Of a stretch of DNA of 64,000 bases, positions 48,950 through 61,860 are shown one piece after another (position 1 is the stretch's first letter; every line of letters starts with the position of its first letter). Below the pieces are notes generated by a model. The model was not told where the DNA came from, ran no database searches, and saw only the letters and a list, made by a program, of their open reading frames with translations. The position numbers and the translations under genes are program-made. The DNA comes from Perna viridis. Taxonomy: Eukaryota. The stretch is from positions 6,324,001 through 6,388,000 of the forward strand of contig CM074512.1 in the NCBI GenBank assembly GCA_037379345.1, read 5' to 3'.

Positions 48950-51810
48950 CAAAATGATAAGTCTGAAGATATTAATCCAAATGAATACTGAAACTAATAC
49001 TGTTATTACTGAAATAGATGTACTTGATAATGTTGAATGTCTGAAATAGATGTACTTGATAATGTTGAATGTCTGAAATAGATGTACTTGATGATGTTGA
49101 ATGTCTGAAAAAGATGTACTTGATGCTGATGAATGTCTGAAATAGATGTACTTGATGCTGTTGAATGTCTGAAATAGATGTACTTGATGATGTTGAATGT
49201 CTGAAAAAGATGTACTTGATGCTGATGAATGTCTGAAATAGATGTACTTGATGCTGTTGAATGTCTGAAAAAGAACAAGGCCTATAATACTGATATGATA
49301 TGAAAAGAATTTCTAAAACATGCATGTGACATGTTATTGCCAGTTTTGTCAAATTTTTTAATGTATTTTTGATTCTGGTATTTTTCCTGATTCTTGGTCA
49401 GAAAGTATTATTATTCCATTATATAAGAATAAAGATGATCCATGTAGTCCTGACAATTACAGTATAACAATTTTAAGCTGTTTTGTTAAGCTTTTTACTT
49501 ACCAATAACAATAGCCTTAATTGCTATTTAAAATTATGTTTAAAATGTATTATTTGAGGAACAAGCAGGTTGTAGAAAACACCATAGTACATGTGACCAT
49601 GTATTCAATTAAAAATATTTAACTGACTTATATAATAGATGTATTAAAACTTTCATTTATTATCGCAAAGCTTTTGCCGTATGGCTCAAATTGTTATCAA
49701 ATTGTATAGATGTTTACGATTATTCGTAGTACGTATATAAGTGCAAAATCCTGTGTTAGACGAAGTGTCGAATTATCAGATACTTCTTGCAACTCAAAAT
49801 TTCAGTACTTGATATTTGCATATGATTTGCATAAATATGCAGTTATACGGCACGTAATGCTGCCGATCCTCGCCGTGTATACCACCATAGCGTCATAGTT
49901 TTAGCTTCATAAGAAATAAATGTACCTCTTAAGTAACAAACACATGTGTTCTACGTGTGTTTCTTGCTCGTACGAAAACGGGAAGTTTACATGAAATGAT
50001 CGGTTAGCATTTAACATTAACAAGTTTCCGATTCAAGCACTGAAGCTCGTTACAGATCAGATCAGATCGTTACTGGTTCCCTTGTCAACATCATAAGCGA
50101 CCCAAAGATCGCTACAACGTACCTTTTCAAAAATATATTATACATATGTCTATGCGTGTTTTTGCTTGTATATGAACGGGAAGTTTACATAAAAAGATAA
50201 AATGATCGGGTAGCATTGAATTTATGGAATATTACCTAACTAGTTTCCGATTCAAACACAGGCGTTCGTTACAATTGATTATATGAAGGTCACATATAAT
50301 ATCAGGACACCGATATCTATAATGTACACCATTGCCAGTTGTTTAATCTTGTTCCGGATGATTGAAAACGTTTGGGTCATAACGGTTTCGAACGAGTACG
50401 CAGGAACCAAGATTTCAGCGAAAGTCCCCCGATTTTAGAACATATCGCATTTGTATCATTTCGGATATTGAAAGTAAGCCAAAATCAGTGTCAGTGAATA
50501 TTTGACGATTAGCGACTTTGAAGACTTAAGTCTTTGATTTTCTTTATTTTTAAATGACCTTGTAGAATGCATGTTTCATGCATATGACGGTTTACCAACT
50601 ATTTACAATGCTGCAAACATATCTCTCAATACAAACGAATTACCAGTTTATTTGAAGTTGTATTTGTAACTTAATGCTGAGGACACTGCTATTTTAGCAG
50701 AATCTCAAAATGAGCTGCAAGCTGCTTTAAACGCTATGTACCTATATTGTAAAACCTGGAAATTGGTGGTAAATGCTACCAAAACCGAAATTGTAATATT
50801 TGGTGAAAAAATAGAAAATACTGTATTAACTTTCAATGGGGAAGTTCTTGATATTGTAGATGACTTTATATACCTAGAAGCTGTATTTATGTCAAATGTA
50901 TCTTTTTGTAAAGAAATAAATTAGTTAATCAAACTCTGTACAACATTTTAAGATAAAGTAGAAAACTTAATTTACCTGTTGATATAAGTTAGAACACGTC
51001 CAAGTATAGCTTTAAGGTTGTGAACTATGGAGTTTCAATAATAATGATATTTTTTATTCTTTTGGTATACAATTTTACAAACAAATACTTGGTTTAAAGA
51101 AGAATTCAGTAAATTGAATTTGTTATGGAGAGTTAGGTAGACTTCCAATTGATATTGTTATAAAAAGTAGAATGAAAGGTTTCTAGAAAAAGATTATATG
51201 CAACAATCATGTAAAATTTGTGCTATATCGTATAAACATTCAAAATTCTTAACTTGTATAGACATTATACAGATATTTTGTTATCACAAAATAAACCATA
51301 TAATTTAGCATTGTATAATATGATTAAAGAAAGGTTAGATGTGATCAGTTCAAACAGTCATAGTGTGAGAAATTATGTGATGCTGCAAAATGTTTGAATT
51401 GATCTGCCTTTTGTAATTATATATGTTTGAATCACATACTGATTTTGGGGGAGTAGATAGAGACGATCGTATTTGTGATATCTGTAATATGAATAGTATT
51501 GGTGACGAATTTCACTTTATTTTTATGTGAATTTTCTAATGAAGTTTCATTCATTATTTAACATTGATGATTTTAATACATGTTGCAAAATTTTGAAAAA
51601 TGATATTGTCGGTTATTAACCATATTTTCAAATTGTTGCCTTCTTTTCTTTCCATATTTAACACTGTATGATGTACTTGTACACACTTTTGATTCTTTGC
51701 AAATATTAAAATAACTATTTAGATTTCTATCATGCTATATAATTGCTATAAAATTTCATTGTTTGTATTCACAAACTCCAACTGGGGTCTTGAGAAAATA
51801 AAACGTTCAA
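48950..51810 (+). mobile_element. Decayed non-LTR retrotransposon (RTEX/CR1-group RT) with an internal insertion at ~49790-50510
   Basis: Fragments SGIFPDSWSESIIIPLYKNKDDPCSPDNY.ITILSCFVKLF, EEQAGCRKHHSTCDH, AEDTAILAESQNELQAALN, WKLVVNATKTEIVIF, YGELGRLP and C-terminal CDICNMNSIGDEFHF. Many stops and frameshifts. Confidence 0.8.
49009..49272 (+). repeat. 32-bp minisatellite x8 inside the LINE ORF
   Basis: GAAATAGATGTACTTGATGATGTTGAATGTCT units every 32 bp from 49011 to 49267. Confidence 0.95.
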
Positions 51811-51825
51811 AGGTCAATTTGAATG

Positions 51826-53770
51826 TAGGACGTTTCGGACTGGGATGTTTCGGCCTAGGATATTTTGGCCTTAGATGTTTCGGCCAGGAAATTTAGAAAA
51901 GATAGACTTTTCAGCCAAAGTGTATTTATGTAATCGCACTTAAAGTTGGGCGCAAAACATCAATAGACAGGGTAGGGTTACATATTTTATTTCTAACAAT
52001 GACACTGGATGTCTGGATATTACAAGAAAAAAAAACCTGCAAAATAAATACAATCATAAGTACTCTAACTTACAAACTTTTCAGAAAATATCAATTCTAT
52101 ATCAGACAAAATACAATTTATACATAAAACATCAACATTAACCGTGTACATGTAAATTCTGATTTTTAACACAGACTTTGTTCCGTGCCACATTTATTCC
52201 AGCTTACATGTATATAAAATATTCGCATCTTGCCACTTGATATTCGCATCAAGCTACATATATAAATATTACCAAATATGAAAAATAAAGTACGCTTGTA
52301 GTTTTTTACAAACTTCAACAATATAAACGCATATAAAATCGTAACACGCTATATCTTCTATATTATGCGGTAAGCAAACTAATTAACTATATACATACAA
52401 AAATAACTATACAATAAATTGACACTCTGCTTACATTACATCAAGGTGCAAAGGATGCAAAATCGTCTACAGTCTACATGCAAAACCTCAATCACAAACA
52501 GGTTAATCTATACTATAGGTGACATATCAAAATACCTGTAGAACAGAAATACCTTACATATAATATTTTGTCACCTGTATTAAATCACCTGTAAAACTGA
52601 TTTGTACTTTTACGATAAAAATATAATTGATCCAGTTAACAAAAGTACTTACGGTTAACGAAAATGTTTACGATTGCCCTTTAACTTTAAAATGATCAAG
52701 ACATTAAATCATTCATTCCGGAGAGCTCGAATACGCATTCACTCAGTTTATTTATTTAAACATTCTTTATACTGGAATTACGTTAAACTTGCTTATTTAT
52801 GAAAATTGCATGAAAAACAATAAACGTTATTCTTTTATTAAATATGCACTGTATCATTAGATTTAAGCGTTTAACATCTACACAACGCACATCGCTCAAT
52901 CATCATTCAAATAGGGGAAAATCATGCAAACACATTCCAATTAAAATATTCAGAATTCTGGCATATTATATAAATATATTAGTAATTTATGAGTAGAACT
53001 AACCTGTCAAGTTGCAGTAGAAAAACTCCAAGAATATAGTAAGATATAAGTTGAATTAAATATTTCCAAGACACATCTTATCTATCCGAGAAATTATTGA
53101 AGAGTGACATATAAAAGAACAAAAGAACTTTAGCGCCGAAAATATATCCAATAGAATTTAAAGAAAGAGAGCGGTCAAATCAACCATGAAATGGAAAACC
53201 CTTTGAATTCAATACAGTGAGATAAAAATTAACAGAACCACAGAAATAGTCATCGGTCAAAAAGTCATATAACCGTAAATCGTCAATTAAATATAAACTA
53301 TAATTATTTGATAACCAGTTCCATTGAAATATCCATGAAACCATCTTTATTAGCCTAAGCAAATACAAATAAAATATAAAAACGAAAACAACAAATACAG
53401 TGAAACCTAACAAATTACTGTCTACCACATTTATTTCCAATGTAATTGGTCAAGTTCTATTAAAAGCCAATTCTGAGAAATTAAAAACTGTAATCTTTAA
53501 TTCTTTAGCATAATTGATGTACTGTTTGGACAATAAAGTGTTTAAACTTTGAAAACTGGGAGCATGGACCAAGTGCACCGATAATGAAAGCGTCCTCTGT
53601 TTTTTTCCAGAAACATCCGTCAAGTTGCTCATATAAAGTTAGGAGTAGACGAAAGAGGAAAGGAAGAGCTCTGGCATAACGAATGAGCTGTGATATGAAA
53701 ATTCCATAAGCAAGTGCTAAATTAGTATATTTTCAGACGAAATGTCCGTTAGCCGAAATTTCCTAGGCTA
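51826..53770. mobile_element. Putative non-autonomous DNA transposon with 15-bp subterminal repeats
   Basis: (GGATGTTTCGGCCTA)-like x4 at 51828-51890 and inverted GACGAAATGTCC..GCCGAAATTTCCTAGGC at ~53736-53768. Ends and TSD not resolved. Confidence 0.4.
53545..53712 (-). mobile_element. Penelope-like (family 1) fragment
   Basis: Reverse copy of the 3' UTR motif joined to AYGIFISQLIRYARA. Confidence 0.65.
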
Positions 53771-55261
53771 TTACCTCTAACAAATAAATATATCCGCACA
53801 CAAACCCGCATGCATCATCGACTGTAATCAACAACCTGTAGACATCAAAGAGTCTGTATACGGTATCGGGAACATTTTGCACAAAGACTAAATAACTGAC
53901 TATTTATAACTATTTTTATTATTAACTTAGTGAATCATATGAATATTTACATGCATTTTGTACATTGGTATAACTTTTATTTGAGTACAATATCTTCTTA
54001 TAGGTCGTAGTGCTACTTTTATGTCCGAAGTGCACTAAGACCGGTCTTTGCCATGATTAGACGGATCCGGTATGTGAACATAGCTGTACACGTTTGATTG
54101 CATTGCATTGCAATTTGTTCTTAATTGAACAACTGTGGATTATTGTTATCAGCCCCCCCCCCAAAAAAATAAGCCTTTGATTATATGAGTCATATGAAGT
54201 GAATCGTCTTCTAAACCATTGACACACAGGAATGTTGTAATTTTTTTCGATTTCAAATATCAAAATATCAAAATTGCCACTTTGTATCGGTTTTAATAGA
54301 ATATGATGTGCTTCAATATCAATGATACATTTTACAACTTGATTGTTTCAAATAAACCGAACTATCAACCACATTAAACCCAAAGACTAAAAAATATACG
54401 TATATGCAACTTAGCCTTAAAAACTCCGTTTCTAAGCCACCTAGTCTCTGAATAAGTTGTTACCCAGCTGACAAATAGTCTTGAAACGCATAGCTTCCGA
54501 GACGCTAAGTCTCAGAAACACTGTGTTTCATGCAAGTCCAGAATTAATCACAAATCATCTGTTGGAGTGGTGCGACTATTCCCTAGCGCTAGGGAAATTG
54601 CACTTTAGGAACAACCCGGTAGTTTGCAACAATCCTAACAGCTTCTTAAAACTGCTTATTCTAAATAACAAGATCCGAAACAGGAACTTCTTCGTCTTGA
54701 TTTCTCGAACTCACTTTTCGGCTTTATCCTTTATTCTACATTCTCTTCGCTATGGTTTAAAATATTGTGACGATCTTATCTTAGTAAGTAAAATTTATTT
54801 AGGAAAACACTTGTTATGTATGAATCGCCGTTTTTTTTTATAATTTTTATTATCCCCCTGTTTTCTTTCCTATTTGTGCACGTAGGTACGTCAATGCGTA
54901 TATTACTAAGTTACTTAAAAATACGTTTTTAGAACATTCAAGAGTTGAATATAATAGTTTATGTCTATTTGTTTCGACCATGCCGCCGTTGTACCCTTCC
55001 TTGAGACATTAGGTTATTGTCAACGTCATCTTAAAGCAGGACAGTTAAATTTGAATCTTGAAACTCTTCCTTGGCTTAATAAAGAAAAATATGTGAATAT
55101 TTGATCAATATAAAACGACGTGTTGAAATAAAAAAACTTGCAAGGAATTATTTTGGCGTTCTTTGTACCCTGTGAAGCCCCCAACACATCACCACGTTCA
55201 GATAAGAGACGTTAATGGCATTATTGGAAAACCAATCGACTTGTTTAGTACCATTCTGTGT

Positions 55262-55515
55262 AAGAGTAATCAAGGGAACCGAGATTCTAGCGGAAATCAA
55301 AAGAATGTAAACCCGGAACAAAGATCGGACATGGAAAACAGAAGAACACAACAAACAACATAAAGTAATTAAGATAATATATAAAGAGAAACAAAAGTAA
55401 GTCAGACTCTACTAAAACCTGAAAGCATGGACCAGGTGCACCGGTAGGGTAAGCGTCCTCTGCGTTTCTAGAAACACCCGCCGCTCATGAAAAGTCAAGT
55501 CCGGGGTAGACAAAA
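55262..55515 (-). mobile_element. Penelope-like (family 1) 3' end
   Basis: AGAGTAATCAAGGGAACC...GGTAGGGTAAGCGTCCTCTG is the reverse complement of the family 3' UTR. Confidence 0.7.
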
Positions 55516-56243
55516 GAATCAGAATCAGGCAGTGGATGACATATCATAATTCTCAATTTGGTCTGTTTTTGCCTCAACTATATTCAATATATCTAGAAAA
55601 CAACTGAAAAGCTATTTGAAATTTCCTAAAGCATCTGTGGCTTATATAGTTTTTGACTGGAAATCCCCCCCCCCATTTTTTCATAGTACATTTCAACTAA
55701 ACTTGATTTATCAACATCTTAAAAAGGCAAATTTAACAAACACTTTCAAGGCTATCAAGTATGAATACTTGGTTAATGCAGTAAGATCTCTGTGTTTTCC
55801 CTTCATGTGACACACCTTATATACATTTAGCCCGATTTTTAGATGGAGAAGCACTTAAAAGTGTAGACAATGTTGCTTAGCCTATATACAGTCTATTGGC
55901 AAAATACGGGAGTATAAAAGCCTATATTTAGGGTCTTGGCATAAGATTCAATAGGTTCGTAACTTTTTATCCCTTAGGTCATTGTATGACTTAAGAGTCA
56001 GATACAGGATGCCCGGTTGTAAGCAGATTCTATTGTAACAAACACTCAATTTTACAACAACAACAAAAAAATAAATAATTTTATTCATCAAAGTCTTTAG
56101 TATAGCTCAGAAATTACAAATCATTGACATAGGAAAGTGAAAAATATATGTATGACCAAAACACACATTTCAACTCTAGAAAAACAGACCCATTCCAGTT
56201 GCACGTCTATATACACACTGGTATATAGGCATGCCCAAACCCC

Positions 56244-56322
56244 GTGCGGGCAACATTTGAGCCATGAATAATAACACCATCTCCAACTCGAATATTCCCA
56301 CGACTGGTATGCCATTTCTGAG
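56244..56322 (-). mobile_element. Short BEL/Pao polyprotein C-terminal fragment
   Basis: Reads SQKWHTSRGNIRVGDGVIIHGSNVAR, like the DUF5641 region downstream of Pao integrase. Confidence 0.45.
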
Positions 56323-56327
56323 ATAAA

Positions 56328-56840
56328 GAATACTACAGACACTGTGAAGTCAACCTAATATCTTGACCTACACTTAGAGATCGATGATAAAGGAAAACTA
56401 CTGACCAAACTTTACGACAAACGTGATGACTTTTCTTTCAGAATTGTCAACTTTCCTTTCATCTGTGGCAACATCCCTTCAGCACCTGCGTATTTAATTT
56501 ACATATCACAACTCATATGTTATGCCAGAGCTTGCCGTAACTACGCAGACTTTTTGTATCGCGGTAGACTTCTTACAGTCAAGCCTCTGGAACAGGGCTA
56601 TGTTGCTACAAGATTGAAGTCATCACTACAGACATTTTATGGTCGCCATCATAAATTCGTGGATCGTTACGATGTATACATCTGCACCGTGAAAACTGAT
56701 TTGTTCATCGTGTCATAGTTAGTTTGATTTTAGTTACTTTATGTTCTTTGTTGTGTATGTCTGTTTTCCGTGTCTGGTCTTGGTCCCTGGATTACATTCT
56801 TTTGATTACCGCTATAACCTTGGTTCCCTTGATTACTCTT
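56328..56840 (+). mobile_element. Penelope-like (family 1) RT C-terminus plus 3' end
   Basis: DTVKST*YLDLHLEIDDKGKLLTKLYDKRDDFSFRIVNFPFICGNIPSAPAY...ARACRNYADF. Confidence 0.85.
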
Positions 56841-56862
56841 TCCCCCACTTTAATCGTAGGAC

Positions 56863-57730
56863 AGAGTAATTCCAAGCTTCTAGCGGAAATCAAAAGAAAG
56901 CAATCCAGGGACAAAGACCAAACATGCCAAACATGGAAAACAGACATACACAACAAAGAATTTTAAGTAAGTAAAATAATACATACAAAGTAACAAAAGC
57001 GAATGAGCTACTTGGACTCCACTAAAAACTGGGAGCATTGAACTGGTGCACCGGTATTGTAAGCGTCCTCTGCGCTTCTAGAAACATCCGCCGAGTTGCT
57101 CATAGAAAGTCAAGTCCGGGGTAGACGAAAGGGGAAAAGAAAACTATGACACGATGAACAAATCAGTTTTCACGGTGCAGATGGATATATCGTAACGATC
57201 CACGAATTTATGATGGCGACCATAAAATGTCTGTAGTGATGACTTCAATCTTGTAGCAACATAGCCCTGTTCCAGAAGCCTAACTGTAAGTCTACCGCGA
57301 TTCAAAAAGTCTGTGTAGTTTCGGCAAGCTCTGGCATAACGTATGAGTTGTGATATGAACACTCCATACGCAAGTGCTGAAGGGATGTTGCCACAGATGA
57401 AAGTAAAGTTCACAATTCTGAATGACTTTACAGTGTCTGTAGTATCCTTTATCTCATGTTCTTTTGGGTAGATGCGATGTATCAAATCCCTGAAATTAGG
57501 ATTGTTTAAAGATAATACGTCATCTATATAGCGGAAACTGAGATTGAAGAATCTAGCCAAACGATATTCTTAATTTCTGATCAGATCAGCCATAAAGTCA
57601 GTCTCATAAGAGTGAAGGAATAGGTCAGCAAGTAAAGGAGCACAATTTGTTCCCATTGGAATGCCGACCGTTTGTTGAAAAAAACGTCCACCACACTGGA
57701 CAAATATGTTTCGATTAAAAATTCCAGCAT
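56863..57730 (-). mobile_element. Penelope-like (family 1) RT core plus 3' end
   Basis: FQQTVGIPMGTNCAPLLADLFL, FRYIDDVLSLNN and ISQLIRYARAC (ORFs 57570..57797, 57144..57560); frameshifted. Confidence 0.9.
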
Positions 57731-57734
57731 TTTG

Positions 57735-59427
57735 TAAACATCTTCCTCTGTATATTTGGAAGATGATTTGGAATGCCTTGTTGTTGTCAAGGGACAACCT
57801 TGCCTCTCTTTCTTACTTACTGCCGTTATGTCTGCTGGCATCTAAGGCAGCAACAAAGGGTCTCCATTGGTGATTTGTTTAATGAGTTCGGTAACCCCTG
57901 GAATCCAAAACTCATCTTCGCCAATGTAGCATCATCACCTGAATGGCATTTATCGAGGAACAATCAATTTAGACAGTCTGTGCTTGCTTCGAAGGAGAAT
58001 AAACTCAACTTTATTCCGTGTCTGTTTTAACCACTCACCCATTCTTTGTCCTACAGTGATGATCTCTTCTGCATTCAACGACAGACATAGACGTTCATAT
58101 CTCATTGACAAGTCGTAGGTAACCTTGACACATGCTTAGTTCGGTTCCGGACGGTAATGAGGCTAGTCCGTGTGTGAGCAATACTCTTGAAAGTAGCAAA
58201 GTTGAGATCATTTAAGGGAGTTGGCATTAACATTTCTGTGAATGATTTGAGGAAAGCTGACATTTCTTGGATCAAGAATGTGCAAAAGGAGTTGCCTAAC
58301 GACTTGTCAATAGATATGAACGTCTAGGTCCATAAGCAATGCCATTTTTGTGTTGATGCTACATTGGCGAAATTGAGACAGCAAATTAGAAATAAACAAA
58401 GTACAAGAATCGGAGTGAGCTCTAACTCAAATACCGTCTTGCCTACCGATCGTGCGTTGGGCGTTATGAAGGATTTAAAGGTTGACGATATAGATTTGAT
58501 CGCAGATGTCCATGTACTGAGAAGTAAGTGGCTATTAGGTAGAGAAGTTAAAGAAACTAAGAGTAGAGGCGGTCATGTTCGTAGCTGTGTGGTCAAAACA
58601 GATAAAACACAGGTTGAGCTACCAATTACAAAATTGTGCTTGCTTGAACTTCCTGAATGATAATATTGTTATAACATATGAAATTATATTGATTTTCAAA
58701 CTCAGTAGATTATATGCTATAAGGTCAAACGTTGAAAACTTTTATTACAAATATGTATTGTGTACTTATAGTTAATTTTAATGAATCTGTACCAATTCCA
58801 TGGTGGAGGTTGCAAGAACCGTTTTTAAAAGGATCTTATTTGTTATTCCTGTTTGTATTATTGTCCATATGTGTATTTATACTATATAGTAAAAAATGCT
58901 CGTGACTTTAATTTGTAAGGGCTCGTTAACAATTATACATTTTTAATTACTAGTAATAGGTTACCGGGAAACGTCGTAACGTTTTTCCGTGAAATTGCAC
59001 GTACTGTTACGTAAAACGTTTGTAACGTATATTGGGTAGAACTTGGAACTTGTATCGGCGATTTTTGTAAGCTGCGGATTTAGAGATTTGAAGACCAAAG
59101 TTGGTAAGATTAATTTATCTATAATTTGTATAAAAACATATTGTTTATGATCAATGGTATTTATCTAATTTAATAACCAACAACGTATCATTGGTTGTCA
59201 GAAACTTAAGAAATTGACTTCAGATGCATTATAATTATTGAAGGAAGTTTGTTTATTTCTATGTAATACCACTTATTTGATGTTTTGTTTTACTTAGTTA
59301 TTTCAGAGAATCGTTCTAACAGCGTGTGGCCTATTTACTTTTACACACTGTGTGTTGAAATGTTGTGTTGGTGAAACGATGAAAAAAGTACGCATTACTC
59401 AATTATTAAAAGACTAAATCCTTAACA
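57735..59427 (+). mobile_element. BEL/Pao LTR retrotransposon remnant with putative 3' LTR (58811-59427)
   Basis: RLVRV*A...ISVNDLRKADISWIKNVQKE and LKVDDIDLIAD..LRSKWLLGR...GHVRSCVVKT...LPITKLCLLE (DUF5641-like). Purine tract GGTGGAGG at ~58802-58809, then TG...TAACA with ATTAAA near the end. Confidence 0.72.
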
Positions 59428-59859
59428 AATATATTTATTTTGAAAAAAACATTATACAATGACTAATATTAGGATAGAAAAACAAGTTTCGAACACTTGT
59501 ATAAATTTCACATTTTAAAAGTAATCACCAGAGATTGTGGTAGTGAAATAATGAAACGTGGTGAAGAAAAGACCACACCAAGATACACATTATCAATTAA
59601 TACTAGAAGAACCTAATCGACAATATCGCTAATAAATACTTGAAATAACAGTGGACCTTAGGAGCACCATATTTTTATCGATACCAAAAAGGATTTTCGT
59701 CCGTTTAAGACCATCCTTTGCATTCGATCTTTCCATTATCTATAAAACCATGATAGCATACTTCAATAGATATCCATTTTTTCTTTACTAACCAACCCTC
59801 GGTGCCAAACACGACCAGAAGGTTTGCTAATGTGGAAAATATAAGGAGAATGGGTATGG

Positions 59860-60439
59860 TGAATATGTCAAAGAGCCAACAACCACACCGGGATGAAAAA
59901 TGTCCGCTCAAGGCCACACATGGGTCTTCAATGAGCAACGAGGAAAGCCTCATATCACTGGGCATGCAGTAGCTCGCGATAAAACAACATTATACACAGA
60001 TACAGTGAAAACAGTTGCCTCTTCATGCTCCAGCAACATAAAGTTAACTGAAAGTGAAACAGATACAAGACAGGCAGAGGCCAGAAATTCTAGAGGCGGG
60101 CAAAAAACAAATGCGTCGGGTTTAAAGTTTTTTGGAGTGATCACAACCGTTCCTCTTTTAAACTGGCCATTGTGAAAAAATATAAACACAAATAGAGTAC
60201 ATATAAATCAGTTCAAAAAGGTCTCAGTCCCTTGTTAAAACATAGATAAGAAACTGATTGTACGTTACACAAATGCACAAACAAAGAACTACTAGCAGTT
60301 AATTGATATGCCACCTCCAGACCAGTTTAAATCTACGAAAAGATATGCCATCATCGTATGTAAAATCAATCCCAATTCTCCCCACGTATGGTTGATAACC
60401 AAAGTACATCATAAGTCATACAATAAGAACACAACCCAT
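59860..60439 (-). mobile_element. Penelope-like (family 2) copy, left part, interrupted at 60440
   Basis: Colinear with 44850-45395. Confidence 0.75.
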
Positions 60440-60490
60440 CATTGGGGTAAAACTGATGACCGTAACGACCGTTGCGGTCCTCCAAAGATG

Positions 60491-60684
60491 TTTAGTTAGT
60501 TTAAACATACTTTATTGCTAAAATTTACAGGCAATTTGATTGGACATAAGTTATACCAACTTACAAAGGTCCTTTCCACATAATTAATTACAAATATTTT
60601 ATGAACATACGTCAGCAATAAAACATAATATACAATGTAAACAATTAATTGTGACAAAACTGAATCAAGAACAGTATATATATG

Positions 60685-60742
<58 letters not shown>

Positions 60743-61860
60743 CATATGTGATGAACTTGTCATTTCAATATCTGTGGCGATAGTTATCAGAACTAAAAAG
60801 AGTATAAAAGAGCGAAAATATGGGAAATTTTAACAGGATGAAGTTAAAATTGCTGCTGTGATCATCCTATGTCAAAACGCTTTGGTTGTTTGATGAATAA
60901 TTGAACTGATTTAAATATATCTTTGTTTAAATCATCAGATAAGGTGTCATTTCCAAAAAGCAAAATTTCGATTGTTAGTTCTGGTAAAAAGGCAGTATTA
61001 TTCTTCATTTATTTTTTTTCTTTTCTCTAAATATAAATATAACACGGAATAGATCTGCATTCAGGGCACTACACCTATGTCGAAGTTTCGTGTGTAGAAT
61101 ATTATGTAATCTATAACCTGTGAAATAATAAGAAGGAGGTTTATTATATATTTCAAATCGGTTGGCTTTTTTGAATCTAGAAATGGTTGGTAGATTACGT
61201 ATATATGATTCCAAATTGTCCCAAAATCTAATCGCGGACGGGAAAAAAGAGTTGGAAAATAACTGTAATCTTGTAAATGGTTGCAGATAGTCAGAATCAG
61301 TTCCCAAGTTTCTTTGCCTTACATCTCGTTGAAACGGTGATAAACAGTCATTAAGATAAGATGGACAATCTTGATGGTGAATTTTATAAAACTCAGTCAC
61401 ATTCTTTTCCTTCTAGATTGAAGGGTTTCCCAAACCAGTTTCAAAATATAAGGATTCTATATTTGCAAATTTTGAAAGACCAGTGACAATTTTTGCCGCC
61501 TCATGTTGCACTCCTTCAATTTTGTTCATATCATCTTGTGTACAACCATCCCAAAGTTCACAGGCATATTTCAAGAAGGATACAATATAGGCAATGTATT
61601 TTTTTCCAGGTTCTGTCTTATATTTATACTAAGAATAAATTTAAATTTGCGCAGCATGGAAAGCTGATAGGAAGCGCTTTTTACTATATATTGAATATGA
61701 GAAGTCCAAGAACACCTCCTTTAATAGTACCGTACCTATATCTGATAGGCAATTTCCTATTAATACCTTTGGTTCCTGTTTGCCATATAATTTTCAATCC
61801 ATTTTGATAAATTTTCAGATATACCATATGCCTTTATCTTTTAAATTAAGCCTTTGTGCT
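60491..61860 (-). mobile_element. 5'-truncated CR1/L2-type LINE nested in the TIR element
   Basis: ORF 61005..61400 (PSYL...FSNSFFPSAIRFWDNL...HTKLRHRCSALNADLF). 3' end AATAAAGTATGTTTAAACTAACTAAA. Confidence 0.75.
60691..60739 (+). repeat. (TG)n microsatellite
   Basis: About 24 TG units. Confidence 0.97.

Noticed and set aside
49125-49165. CTGATGA-atgtct-GAAA as a minimal hammerhead ribozyme
   Set aside because: Stems I, II and III cannot form; it is a chance variant of the minisatellite unit.
49009-49272. 32-bp repeats as a CRISPR array
   Set aside because: Units are contiguous with no spacers, derive from a LINE ORF, and the context is eukaryotic.
48972-49352. His/Gln/Ser-rich repetitive ORFs as a protein gene
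   Set aside because: Open only because the 32-bp repeat lacks stops on that strand.
60453-60480. CTGATGA plus hairpin as a hammerhead
   Set aside because: No GAAA follows the stem; it is part of the transposon TIR.
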